Shown here: in pieces, positions 8,476-16,842 of the stretch
How the letters are laid out: each line of letters begins with the position of its first letter
Numbering within the stretch: position 1 is the first letter of the stretch
Virus record (IMG/VR): IMGVR_UViG_3300006893_000009
Location: 1 to 58,602 of that record
DNA length: 58,602 nt
From: a virus
Taxonomy: Duplodnaviria; Caudoviricetes
Reading direction: 5' to 3' (one strand)
Made by a program: the position numbers and the translations under genes
The notes under the pieces: model-generated
Database searches by the model: none
What the model was told of the DNA's origin: nothing
What the model saw: only the letters and a program-made list of their open reading frames with translations

Positions 8476-10899
8476 TCAATCTTTTAGCTCGCCCCAACTC
8501 TCGCCGGGGTTACCAACTTTAACAGCCACCGGAATCATATAGCCCGCCAACTCTGGCCAGAGCTGTTCCATTGCAGCCGTCAGACATGCTTTCACTTCTT
8601 CGACAAGCGCGTAGGGACATTCCACTAGGAGCGAGTCGTGAACCTGTAAAATCAATCTTGCTGGATAAGGAAGTGGGAAGACTTTGGGTACAACCTTCAA
8701 AGCCAACTCAACTGGCCATCCTATCCGTTCGTACATCAATGCAATCATGGAACGATAACAGATGTCCGCTCCACTAGACTGCAACATAAATCTAATGCCT
8801 TCAGTGTATGCAGTTTGTGACCAGAACCACCGCTTGCGTCCGAAGGCTGTGGTGAGAACACCATCCTTCATCGCTTGATTGCCAGTGCGCTCTTGCCATT
8901 GAGCCGAAGCCCAGTTCAGCTTCTTCCACATAGTGAGAAGGTCTTTGCAATCCTTCTCAGGGATGTTATACTGAACCGACATCTTCCGTGGCCCCATACC
9001 AGCATCAGCACCGTGATTCGTATGCTTGGCACGACCATATTCATCGGACTTCTTATTTATCTCTTCTTCAGGAAGATTGAATATCTGAGAAGCCAACCAT
9101 CGATGCTCATTGAAACCGGGGATTGCGAGTCTTTTAAGTCTATCTGCATCGTCAGCGTACCATGAGGCCAGACGATTTTCAAGAGAGCTAAAGTCAGCTT
9201 CAACAAAGCACCAATCACTATGCGACGGAACATAGATGTGTTTTGCAATAGGAGGGACATTTTGCATGTTTGGACTACTACTTGCAAGTCGTCCAGTGTT
9301 TGTCCCGTGTACAAGGAAATTGGTATGTATTCTTCCAACAGCAACTTGTTTGTCATGGTCAGCATCCTTCAGAAAGGTTCCGATGACTTCATCAAGGTGA
9401 CGAATCTCTGCAAGCTGCTTGAGGAAAGGAAGCTTGGTCTTGCGGAACAATCTATCAAGAGCAGTCTTATCAGTCGTTACTTTCTTTGTCTTGGCGTGGA
9501 GTTGTTTGGGGAGGGCGAGCTTGTCGTAGAGGTAGCGCTCCACAGTTTTTGAAGACTGCCAAGGGACAACCCGTTCAGTGCTTGGGACATGGATGTATTT
9601 AATCGGCTTGCCAGATTTGCCAAGAGTTCCTGCCGGAGCAAGTTGTCGGACTTTGATTGGTTTGTCATATGGCTTTAAGTCTATAGGGAGTTGAGCTTCT
9701 AATTCAGCCAGCTCACCTATGTACCGTACACGTTGCTTCTTAATGTTGTTAGGGTCAACCTTGATACCTGTATCAGACATCAACTTGCAAATCTTTGCAA
9801 GTGGAATCTGAACATACTTGTACAAGTTAGTCAACTTCATTTGGTCTAGGCGCGGACGGATGGCTCTATAAGATTGGGCCGTGGCGTCAACGTCACCAGC
9901 GCAATACCAAGGCATGTCTGCCTTAACATGCTTCCATGCGACCATCTGTGTACAGATTGAAGCGATGTGCTCTAGGTCATATGCAGCGGAGTCAGGCGCA
10001 ATCAAATGGTACATCAACATGATGTCCCATACCTGACAATCAGGACTGATAACTACACCAGCATCCGCAAGCCTAGGAAGGTCAAACTGAATTATGTTCT
10101 GCCCAATAGCTTCTTCAGCATTTGCAAAGATTCGTCGGAGTTCCGCAATGTAAATACCCGCGAAAGGTACGACGATAACATGATAAGGGTTACCAAAGTC
10201 AGACACCCCGACCATTGTAATCTGCTCGGTATAGCGATTCGTTTCAATGTCGAATACAAGCTGCTTTGGCGAAAATGCTTGTATCTCTTCGACCGTTGGA
10301 TGTGTGTTATAGTATTGCGGAGGAACCTGAATCCCTTTTTGTATGTCAGATATAGTGTCAGGTATTCTAGCACTATCCCGCATGAGGTAAGAAGGATGTA
10401 GTGTTCCGATAACACGTGGTTTCGTCTCCCCTTTCAATGGTAGCGGGCTTCCCCGCCACTTCATTATTCCTTCAGTTTTTCCAGTAAGGAGTTTAAGTGA
10501 CTCATTTCCGATGGCGTCAATTCTATCCCACGGTCTGCTCTCCAATACAGGTTTAACATGAGACTGAAAGCAGTGAGATACGATTTCACGTCCTTCGGAT
10601 TCTGTACAATAGCTTCTAGCTTCTTTAGATGTGGGGTAAGCGTTGTTAGGAGGTCGGCAGTTAACTGTGTTGAGAATTGTGAGTTGGTCACGTTGGACTC
10701 CAGCCTTACGCCATAAAGAATCTTGAATACGCCCGCTACCACCAACAAGCGGCTTTCCTTCAATAGCTTCCTCAGCACCCGGCGCTTCAGCAATGACAAG
10801 CCGAAGTGATGGACCCATTTGAGGTGGGACTAAGTTATTCTCAGGGAATTTTGCCCGCATCGGGCATTGTTCACAAGCAACGCAGTCCTTGACTTTCAT
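8476..10899 (-). CDS. Family A DNA polymerase with N-terminal family-4 uracil-DNA glycosylase-like domain and 3'-5' exonuclease
   Basis: CxxCxxC..AEAPG..NCRPP..HPS (UDG); FDIET/NIIQFD/YCAGD (Exo I-III); TGRLASSSPNMQN, ADFSSLENR, RAKHTNHG, QVHDS (Pol A). Confidence 0.92.
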   Translation of the reverse strand: MKVKDCVACEQCPMRAKFPENNLVPPQMGPSLRLVIAEAPGAEEAIEGKPLVGGSGRIQDSLWRKAGVQRDQLTILNTVNCRPPNNAYPTSKEARSYCTESEGREIVSHCFQSHVKPVLESRPWDRIDAIGNESLKLLTGKTEGIMKWRGSPLPLKGETKPRVIGTLHPSYLMRDSARIPDTISDIQKGIQVPPQYYNTHPTVEEIQAFSPKQLVFDIETNRYTEQITMVGVSDFGNPYHVIVVPFAGIYIAELRRIFANAEEAIGQNIIQFDLPRLADAGVVISPDCQVWDIMLMYHLIAPDSAAYDLEHIASICTQMVAWKHVKADMPWYCAGDVDATAQSYRAIRPRLDQMKLTNLYKYVQIPLAKICKLMSDTGIKVDPNNIKKQRVRYIGELAELEAQLPIDLKPYDKPIKVRQLAPAGTLGKSGKPIKYIHVPSTERVVPWQSSKTVERYLYDKLALPKQLHAKTKKVTTDKTALDRLFRKTKLPFLKQLAEIRHLDEVIGTFLKDADHDKQVAVGRIHTNFLVHGTNTGRLASSSPNMQNVPPIAKHIYVPSHSDWCFVEADFSSLENRLASWYADDADRLKRLAIPGFNEHRWLASQIFNLPEEEINKKSDEYGRAKHTNHGADAGMGPRKMSVQYNIPEKDCKDLLTMWKKLNWASAQWQERTGNQAMKDGVLTTAFGRKRWFWSQTAYTEGIRFMLQSSGADICYRSMIALMYERIGWPVELALKVVPKVFPLPYPARLILQVHDSLLVECPYALVEEVKACLTAAMEQLWPELAGYMIPVAVKVGNPGESWGELKD

Positions 10900-10920
10900 T
10901 AGCCCTCTAGGTTGGGGAGA

Positions 10921-11097
10921 TTACTTCTGGGAGAGATGCTTGTCGAACAGATAAGACCATGCACAGAACGATAGCCAGAATATAGCGAGGAATTCAAACG
11001 CATGAAGAACTTGACCGTTAGCAATAGCTAGCATCGAGTTTACGAAGGCCAGAATTGCGACGGCAAGTAACCCACCTCTCAAAAGGGTCTTCGCCAT
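10921..11097 (-). CDS. Small 2-TM membrane protein (not in ORF track)
   Basis: MAKTLLRGGLLAVAILAFVNSMLAIANGQVLHAFEFLAIFWLSFCAWSYLFDKHLSQK. Confidence 0.5.
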   Translation of the reverse strand: MAKTLLRGGLLAVAILAFVNSMLAIANGQVLHAFEFLAIFWLSFCAWSYLFDKHLSQK

Positions 11098-11423
11098 TTG
11101 GTCACCTTTGCTGCGTATCTACGATCTAGTTCCTTGAACAAAATTGGCAAGATGATAATTGTTCCAACCAGTAGTCCGACATCACCTATGCTAATGACTG
11201 CGTTTCCCAAATTGATGTTGTCTGCTATGAAATTCAGATGTGTTGTCGGCCCCGCACAGATATGGATATGGTCTAATATTGCGCCACTTTGACCCGTACA
11301 CTCAGGTATGAACACTGGCATAGAGCCACGATTGGCCAGACTAGCGATGATGTTCAACGTAGCGCCAGTGAGATAGATACTCAGTCCGATTACCAGACTT
11401 GAAAGTGTTCTTTCTTGTTTCAT
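11079..11423 (-). CDS. DUF5317-like membrane protein
   Basis: LN..A.LANRGSMPV..LNFIADNI..ISIGDV pattern. Confidence 0.7.
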   Translation of the reverse strand: MKQERTLSSLVIGLSIYLTGATLNIIASLANRGSMPVFIPECTGQSGAILDHIHICAGPTTHLNFIADNINLGNAVISIGDVGLLVGTIIILPILFKELDRRYAAKVTKWRRPF

Positions 11424-11632
11424 TGAATTTCCATTGCGACGAAGCCTTTCCCCTTAACTTGACGATAATAAAGGCAGAGTTCTTCCAACGCACGCCCAGA
11501 AATCTCTTTACAACCAACCCGGATTAAGTCATCTTTGCCATCAATGATAATCTTGGGTTGAGTTTTTCCAAGATAAAAAGTCTTGGTATCCTCATCATAA
11601 ATTAACCGCTTGTGTAAACTGTTGTCACCCAT
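11420..11632 (-). CDS. Hypothetical protein
   Basis: AAGGAGGG SD; ATGA overlap with the next gene. Confidence 0.6.
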   Translation of the reverse strand: MGDNSLHKRLIYDEDTKTFYLGKTQPKIIIDGKDDLIRVGCKEISGRALEELCLYYRQVKGKGFVAMEIQ

Positions 11633-11645
11633 ACTCCCTCCTTTA

Positions 11646-11721
11646 TGGCTGGCCCCCTCAGACTCGAACTGAGACAGTCTCCGTTAACAGCGGAGTGCAC
11701 TACCGATTATGCTAGAGGCCA
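11646..11721 (-). tRNA. tRNA-Asn (GUU) with encoded CCA
   Basis: Acceptor TGGCCTC/GGGGCCA, anticodon arm CTCCG-CTGTTAA-CGGAG, T arm CTCAG-TTCGAGT-CTGAG, 3' GCCA; 76 nt. Confidence 0.95.
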
Positions 11722-11724
11722 ATC

Positions 11725-11856
11725 CTAGTTAACCTGAAGTCTGCTTTTGAGTGCTTGCAGTTTGATGGCGTACAACTCAAGGCACTCTTCACAATTAGCA
11801 CGCGGTTCTTCTAATGCTCGGTACTTGGGATGTTTGCGACAGGCTATTTTAATCAT
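11725..11856 (-). CDS. Small Zn-binding-like protein (not in ORF track)
   Basis: MIKIACRKHPKYRALEEPRANCEECLEL..; ATGA overlap. Confidence 0.5.
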   Translation of the reverse strand: MIKIACRKHPKYRALEEPRANCEECLELYAIKLQALKSRLQVN

Positions 11857-12161
11857 TGGTGGTGTGTCCATTTTGGAAGTCGGTGGATTTTGTCCTCTTG
11901 ATGTTTAGTAATCTCCAAGCCGGAAATATCACCTGAACGAATCATGATGCCAATGATTGCACTTAAGTCTCCCAACTCAAACTCAAAGTATCCTGTGTTA
12001 TCAAGACTGTCTGTAATAAACGGATGGACAGAATCATATCCATGTCGCAGAACTTTAGTCGCAGCTTGAATGACTTCGCCACACTCTTCAATGAGTAGAT
12101 GCAGCCGTTCAGCTTCAGCCAGACTGGGCAAATCGTTCATGTTACCCTCACAATTGTCCAT
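11853..12161 (-). CDS. MazG-like nucleotide pyrophosphohydrolase
   Basis: LIEECGEVIQAATKVLRHG..ELGDL (EExxE..ExxD). Confidence 0.8.
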   Translation of the reverse strand: MDNCEGNMNDLPSLAEAERLHLLIEECGEVIQAATKVLRHGYDSVHPFITDSLDNTGYFEFELGDLSAIIGIMIRSGDISGLEITKHQEDKIHRLPKWTHHQ

Positions 12162-12292
12162 TACTTGCTCCCCTTACCAACATGCCCCTTACCCATCGCG
12201 TTATAAATCTTTGCAGCATGTTCCTTCGCCTTTGATAGCGGCATACCCTCTTTCAAAAACTTGTCGCGGATTGCTAGGTATTGTTTAGGCAT
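12161..12292 (-). CDS. Small basic protein (not in ORF track)
   Basis: MPKQYLAIRDKFLKEGMPLSKAKEHAAKIYNAMGKG..; AGGA SD. Confidence 0.55.
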   Translation of the reverse strand: MPKQYLAIRDKFLKEGMPLSKAKEHAAKIYNAMGKGHVGKGSK

Positions 12293-12374
12293 GATGTTCC
12301 TAAGATTGTGTGGGCCGCAGAGTTATCCACGGCCCTAACGCTTTTGGCGGGGCGCTACCCGCGAATGACTTCTC

Positions 12375-12665
12375 TTACGATGCTGGTGCAGCCGCAGGGG
12401 GAGCAGTTGCCGCAGCTACTGCTGTATTCAGCGCAGTAACCTGAGCGTTAATCTGCTGTGCCAACACTTCAACCTGAGCATCCTCAGGGTCAAGCGCAGC
12501 CACCTGTGCAGCCAACGCCGCAATCTCTGCGGCTGCTGCTGTTACTGCCGTAACAAGAGCTGCAACTGCGGTTTGCAAATCGGTTAGTCCAGACATTAGT
12601 CTCCTTATATCAGCTTGAATTTCGTCAAGCTTTCTGTGAATTGAATTGTACTCAAAGGTCCACAT
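12375..12665 (-). CDS. Ala-rich coiled-coil protein; second strong in-frame start at MSGLTDLQ
   Basis: Heptad Ala/Leu pattern; internal TAAGGAG SD. Confidence 0.65.
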   Translation of the reverse strand: MWTFEYNSIHRKLDEIQADIRRLMSGLTDLQTAVAALVTAVTAAAAEIAALAAQVAALDPEDAQVEVLAQQINAQVTALNTAVAAATAPPAAAPAS

Positions 12666-12674
12666 TTAACATCC

Positions 12675-13118
12675 TTAAGCGGCTGGCCGAACCGTCCAGA
12701 TACCGAAGACAGCCTTGGGTTCCGTCTCACCTTCCTTAATGAAACGGTCCTTCACTACATCCGCCGTGACGCGCGCACCAGTAGTTGCGACACGATTCAG
12801 ATAAGCAGCCGTGTCCTCTCCGGGCATTGCATCAATACCAATGGCAATCTCAAGCTTCTTAAGCGCCTGAGCAAACTTCGCCATTGACTTTCCATTCTTT
12901 GAAACAGCGGTAGGGTCGGGGTAGGACTGGAAGATACCCTTGCCCTGATGGTCGCCTTCCGCAACGATGAAGCGGACGTTGAGTTCTTCCACGCCGCTAA
13001 ACTTGTTGGGGCGATAGGCGGAGCCGGGAGCGAGACTGAACACATATGTCCCAAGGGGAATCTGTACTCCTGACTTATCTAGTTCTATATCTGCTAGCAA
13101 TACATCATTAAACGGCAT
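12675..13118 (-). CDS. Putative single-stranded DNA-binding protein (DUF669-like)
   Basis: IPLGTY..LNVRFIVAEGDHQGKGIF pattern; next to AAA_24 ATPase. Confidence 0.55.
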   Translation of the reverse strand: MPFNDVLLADIELDKSGVQIPLGTYVFSLAPGSAYRPNKFSGVEELNVRFIVAEGDHQGKGIFQSYPDPTAVSKNGKSMAKFAQALKKLEIAIGIDAMPGEDTAAYLNRVATTGARVTADVVKDRFIKEGETEPKAVFGIWTVRPAA

Positions 13119-13139
13119 ATCTACATCCTCCTGTTTGAT

Positions 13140-13418
13140 TTATTCAGTGACGGGAACTAGTGTAAAAGTGAAAGGCTTGAAGCGTTTGCGGCAGGTAACA
13201 TGCGTGATGTCAAACTGCCTAATGAAACGCGTCACTTTCTTTGTTGGCTTCGCAATATATTGTGAGTACAAGCCATTACGATAAAGAGTAATGGCGTCGC
13301 CATCCGAAACAGTAACATGGCGATGAGTTTTTTCTCGAATAGCCAAGGCGATGGGACAAGCATCTGCCCTAGCCGACATTCCCTTTGTGATATGTTTTCT
13401 CTTCAACCTGACTTTCAT
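13140..13418 (-). CDS. Hypothetical protein (HI..G..CPIALAI family)
   Basis: GGAGGG SD; recurrent small phage protein motif. Confidence 0.6.
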   Translation of the reverse strand: MKVRLKRKHITKGMSARADACPIALAIREKTHRHVTVSDGDAITLYRNGLYSQYIAKPTKKVTRFIRQFDITHVTCRKRFKPFTFTLVPVTE

Positions 13419-13549
13419 TCTACCCTCCTGCTTAGATTTACTACCGGAAATGAAAATTCGGGCAAGTTTCCCGTACCTCTTCAGAGGTCCACCTTCGTGT
13501 TGTCAGGGTCAGGACAGAGCACGATTAACGGTTTTCACTTGCCCGAAAC

Positions 13550-14371
13550 TTAATTTTGTTTGGTCTTCAAATAATCTTCATAGGTTTGAACAGCGAGATT
13601 GTAGAAGTAGTCGAACGTACCCAGTCCTTTAGATGGGTCAAAGACAACTTCCGGTGGAAGAAAAGACTTTCCCTCGGCGATAGACAATCTATTCTTGGCA
13701 AGGATACCACCGCCCATGTTCTCGGTGACAAAGTATCTTTGAGTATATCGAGACTTTGCATCCTTAGGGTCAGCCAATATACTACGAGTCCTAGCCATCA
13801 GAACCATGTCAAACATTGCAGTAGAGCCAAGGAACATACTTCCCGCAAGGTCAGGCCCGATTAACATTTCGCCTTGACCATTCTCCGGGTCAGGCTTATC
13901 AATTCTCAGTCCACTTGTAACAACGATGTGTTTGTCTTGGTTGAGGAGCTTTCGGAGAAGCTTACGAGTAAGTTCTCCCATGACGCCGTAGTCATCAATC
14001 TCAGGAACTCCAAGGACTCTCTTCTGGCTTTCACCCTTTTGGCGTGGGAGAGAGAGCGCCTTTTCTTTGATAAACGTCTTAACCATCTCTGATAGGCTGT
14101 CGAGTCCGTAAGACTCTTTTTCTTTCCCGACTGTCCCAGAACAGAACGAGTCAAAGTCTGAATAGGAATCGAGTTCGATGTAGTCAAACGCCTTAGACGC
14201 CACAGACATCATTCCCTTACCGTGGCCAGTCTCACATACACCTGCAAGGATATTAGGAAAGGTAGACATGAAGGTCGTCTTACCAGTGCCGGGTTGACCG
14301 AACACTAAGACCTTTAGTTTCAATTCTTTAGGGGAAACAAGGTCACGGGTATTTTTTATAACAAGCGTCAT
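13550..14371 (-). CDS. AAA_24 / Sak4-like ATPase (recombinase)
   Basis: VFGQPGTGKTT, LDSLS, DDYG, AKNR. Confidence 0.8.
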   Translation of the reverse strand: MTLVIKNTRDLVSPKELKLKVLVFGQPGTGKTTFMSTFPNILAGVCETGHGKGMMSVASKAFDYIELDSYSDFDSFCSGTVGKEKESYGLDSLSEMVKTFIKEKALSLPRQKGESQKRVLGVPEIDDYGVMGELTRKLLRKLLNQDKHIVVTSGLRIDKPDPENGQGEMLIGPDLAGSMFLGSTAMFDMVLMARTRSILADPKDAKSRYTQRYFVTENMGGGILAKNRLSIAEGKSFLPPEVVFDPSKGLGTFDYFYNLAVQTYEDYLKTKQN

Positions 14372-14613
14372 TTACCCTCTGTTTTGTAGGTTGATTTAAG
14401 CCAGTTGTCGTAACAGGTTTGTCTGTACTTTGTTTCGTCGGGAGACTCAGTTATACTACCAAGAAATTGGTCTTGAAGTCTTTTCAATTCAGCAAGATAC
14501 CGACCACTCATGGTGCCCGGAACGAATGATTTCAAGGTGAGGACCCCTCTATAGGTGGGATGAACTACGAAAAGTTGGGCAAGGGTAGCATACAAGTATG
14601 TGCTTGTATTCAC
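14368..14613 (-). CDS. Hypothetical protein
   Basis: ORF overlapping the ATPase start. Confidence 0.45.
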   Translation of the reverse strand: MNTSTYLYATLAQLFVVHPTYRGVLTLKSFVPGTMSGRYLAELKRLQDQFLGSITESPDETKYRQTCYDNWLKSTYKTEGK

Positions 14614-14715
14614 AGAGGATACCTAAGGCTACCTAGAAGGTATCGAGTTTGTTCTTGCCCGAAGGCTCCGTGTACGCGCAATCAAGCGCCGTCGAGCCGG
14701 AGTTCTTGTGTCCAT

Positions 14716-14748
14716 ACTTCTTATACGGTGGGGCGGGAAAATTATGCA
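14716..14748 (-). promoter_or_regulatory. Phage promoter P1 (replication genes)
   Basis: TGCATAA-N13-CCGTATAAGAAGT, shared with P2 and P3. Confidence 0.75.
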
Positions 14749-14897
14749 TGTAATTTTGATATTTCTGCGAGTTTTAACTTGGTTCCACGCCTAAGCATCT
14801 TACGACACTTAGCACAGACCCAGAAAGGGTCACCACTATTCCACCTTAACTCAGCGGGTTCGCCACAGTGAACCACAACTTTGAAAGCATCAGGCAT
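14742..14897 (-). CDS. Small Zn-finger-like protein (not in ORF track)
   Basis: MPDAFKVVVHCGEP..WVCAKCRKML.., 51 aa between P2 and P1. Confidence 0.45.
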   Translation of the reverse strand: MPDAFKVVVHCGEPAELRWNSGDPFWVCAKCRKMLRRGTKLKLAEISKLHA

Positions 14898-14958
14898 GTT
14901 TACTATTTTGCTACCCCCTAAGAAGTGGCGCTTATGTAGCCCAAGCGAAATGCGCTAC

Positions 14959-14991
14959 ACTTCTTATACGGATTTCACAGGATTTTATTCA
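14959..14991 (-). promoter_or_regulatory. Phage promoter P2, immediately after the sigma stop codon
   Basis: TGAATAA-N13-CCGTATAAGAAGT. Confidence 0.75.
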
Positions 14992-15507
14992 CTAATTTTG
15001 CATTTTCTTGAAAATAGTTTGCAGGCGGCGATGTAGGGATGATTGAGATATGCAAGTTAGCTTAGCCATCTCTATCTCATTGTATCCCTCAAGGAACATG
15101 AATATCAAGTCCCTATCCCCTTGGTCAAGTTTTGCAATTCGCTTCTTAAGGTCAATCTTATCAATGAGCGATACCTTATGCGTAGCCTCTATATCACTGG
15201 CGGAAGAAAGTTCCAGCTCTTTATGCCGCACATGAGTGTCTACCGCATCAATACACACCTGCCGGATAATCATTGTTGCCCAAGTGGTAAACTCCGATTT
15301 GTTGGAATCAAAGGAGTTCATGTACTTTCGGATTTTGATGAAAGACTCAGGTACGCAGTCCTCAAAGTACTTGAACTTGCGGGCTGAGCGGAAGTATTTG
15401 TTGACCGTCCGGCCACAGAAGTCCAATAAATCCACCGCAAATGGGTCCTCGGTGATTGGGCTAGGATTGGCTAGATATGCTTGGGCAAGCTCATTCAACG
15501 TCTGCAT
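14992..15507 (-). CDS. ECF-like sigma70-family RNA polymerase sigma factor
   Basis: Region 2 FEDCVPESFIKI..FDSNKSEFTTWATMIIRQVCID; region 4 HTH GYNEIEMAKLTCISQSSLHRRL; GGAG SD before ATG 15507. Confidence 0.85.
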   Translation of the reverse strand: MQTLNELAQAYLANPSPITEDPFAVDLLDFCGRTVNKYFRSARKFKYFEDCVPESFIKIRKYMNSFDSNKSEFTTWATMIIRQVCIDAVDTHVRHKELELSSASDIEATHKVSLIDKIDLKKRIAKLDQGDRDLIFMFLEGYNEIEMAKLTCISQSSLHRRLQTIFKKMQN

Positions 15508-15865
15508 TGAAGTCTCCGGTAGAGCCATCGTCGAAACCAAGCTGGTCAACGACTTCTGATTCGCTCGTGGCTTTGCCAGTGTTGAACACAGTCTCCCAGT
15601 TCTCATCCCATGCTGCACGCTCAGACTTTGATAACATCCTGACTGTACCACGGCAAAAGTTTTTCAGTTCGAGTTCTGCTTTGGAATGATTGTTTGGTGT
15701 GCAGCCGCGAGCTTCACAAATATCACAGCGTTCAGGTAGAGCACCTTTCCTACCAGCTTTACGGGCGACATGATGGCTGCAAAAATAGGTCGCTTCAGGA
15801 TGGAGAGGCTCCGAGACGGTTAACTTGGTGGGACATTTAGACATACTGCACTGGATGGTAGGCAA
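15491..15865 (-). CDS. Cys/His-rich hypothetical protein
   Basis: C-x4-C..CSHH..CDIC..C; AAGGAG SD. Confidence 0.6.
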   Translation of the reverse strand: MPTIQCSMSKCPTKLTVSEPLHPEATYFCSHHVARKAGRKGALPERCDICEARGCTPNNHSKAELELKNFCRGTVRMLSKSERAAWDENWETVFNTGKATSESEVVDQLGFDDGSTGDFNADVE

Positions 15866-15885
15866 TTACTTTCTCCTTAGGTGGG

Positions 15886-16305
15886 TTACCACAATTCGTC
15901 AAACGCTCCTTCATTAGCTAATCTACGCATACACTGATGAAATTGTTTTCCGTGTGCATCTTTCTCTTTACCCCACGTAGCTACGTGGCATTCCTCATGC
16001 AACAAGGTCATCATCCACACTCGTGACCAACGCTGCTGGTCAGGGGATAGTGTAATCTTGCAGCCATCTGACGCAACCTTATCGTCTGGGCACTCAGTAA
16101 GCCCCATGTTATGTTGAGGGATAAGCATAGGGTCCCAATCAACCACGATATTCCTTGGCAGATTACCATTAAAATAGACATCGTTGTAAGCGTTGTATAG
16201 AAAACTCAGGTAGACAGTATCAGGCTTAAGTGGACACATCGCATCCTGAGCGCCTAAGACAGTTGCTCCAGCCAAAATTAGTATAGCTAGCCTTCGTAGA
16301 AACAC
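15886..16305 (-). CDS. SprT-like zinc metalloprotease with N-terminal signal peptide
   Basis: YN..YFNGNLP..TLLHEECH..HGKQF; N-terminus MFLRRLAILILAGATVLGA. Confidence 0.8.
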   Translation of the reverse strand: MFLRRLAILILAGATVLGAQDAMCPLKPDTVYLSFLYNAYNDVYFNGNLPRNIVVDWDPMLIPQHNMGLTECPDDKVASDGCKITLSPDQQRWSRVWMMTLLHEECHVATWGKEKDAHGKQFHQCMRRLANEGAFDELW

Positions 16306-16373
16306 TTATCCCACCCTCCTTTGCCGCGTTCGCATCAATATATATGGCGCGGCGGCATCCGAATTGCGTGTCT

Positions 16374-16402
16374 AATAAACGGGAATTATATACTAAATTC
16401 CC
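16374..16402 (-). terminator. Intrinsic terminator candidate
   Basis: GGGAATT-8nt-AATTCCC followed by GTTTATT right after a stop codon. Confidence 0.5.
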
Positions 16403-16666
16403 CTAGTAACTCGGTTCGTGCTCGGTAGCAATTAATGCATAGCCTGATATTGTAATAGTAGTTTCATCGGCACTTATTTGGGCCGGAATGTTGCGTATAA
16501 GCAGCGTCTCCAACATTCTTTTAGTGGCCCTAATAGCTCGAATTTTTTGTTCTAGCATTTCATGTATAAGCCAGCACTCAGGTCCGTGAGAATGAGCTGG
16601 AGTATGCTTTTCTGGATGATGGCACGCATCTTCCATCGCTTGAAGTTCCACGCGGTAGTCATACAT
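16403..16666 (-). CDS. Hypothetical protein
   Basis: AGGAG SD; operon position. Confidence 0.55.
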   Translation of the reverse strand: MYDYRVELQAMEDACHHPEKHTPAHSHGPECWLIHEMLEQKIRAIRATKRMLETLLIRNIPAQISADETTITISGYALIATEHEPSY

Positions 16667-16678
16667 ATTCTGTATCTC

Positions 16679-16822
16679 CTATATAAACGTCGCAGCGATA
16701 ACGCCTGCGGCAAACCAGTAAATCGCCTTGCGATATTCACCTTGATAAGCAAAGGCTCCTGCCGCCAGCACGTCAAGAATGAACATCAAGATGCAAAAGA
16801 TTCGGCCAAAGTCGTGCTTCAT
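16679..16822 (-). CDS. Small membrane protein (not in ORF track)
   Basis: MKHDFGRIFCILMFILDVLAAGAFAYQGEYRKAIYWFAAGVIAATFI; AAGGA SD. Confidence 0.55.
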   Translation of the reverse strand: MKHDFGRIFCILMFILDVLAAGAFAYQGEYRKAIYWFAAGVIAATFI

Positions 16823-16842
16823 TAGAAGTCCTTTAATCCCCT

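Noticed and set aside
5287-10899. 2-aminoadenine (Z) genome pathway
   Set aside because: No PurZ/adenylosuccinate synthetase-like ORF seen; DUF5664-like genes alone are not diagnostic
12336-12362. preQ1-I riboswitch
   Set aside because: Topology is similar, but the loop is too short, conserved ligand-binding nucleotides are not evident, and there are no que genes
13466-13490. CUGAAGAG..GAAAC looked like a second hammerhead
   Set aside because: No G10.1-C11.1 stem II and no compatible stem I; CUGAAGAG is part of a simple hairpin
15508-15651. N-terminal extensions in the ORF track (sigma; also 27174-27224, 47149-47196, 47740-47952)
   Set aside because: They overlap upstream genes; better starts exist downstream, at domain boundaries and mostly with an SD
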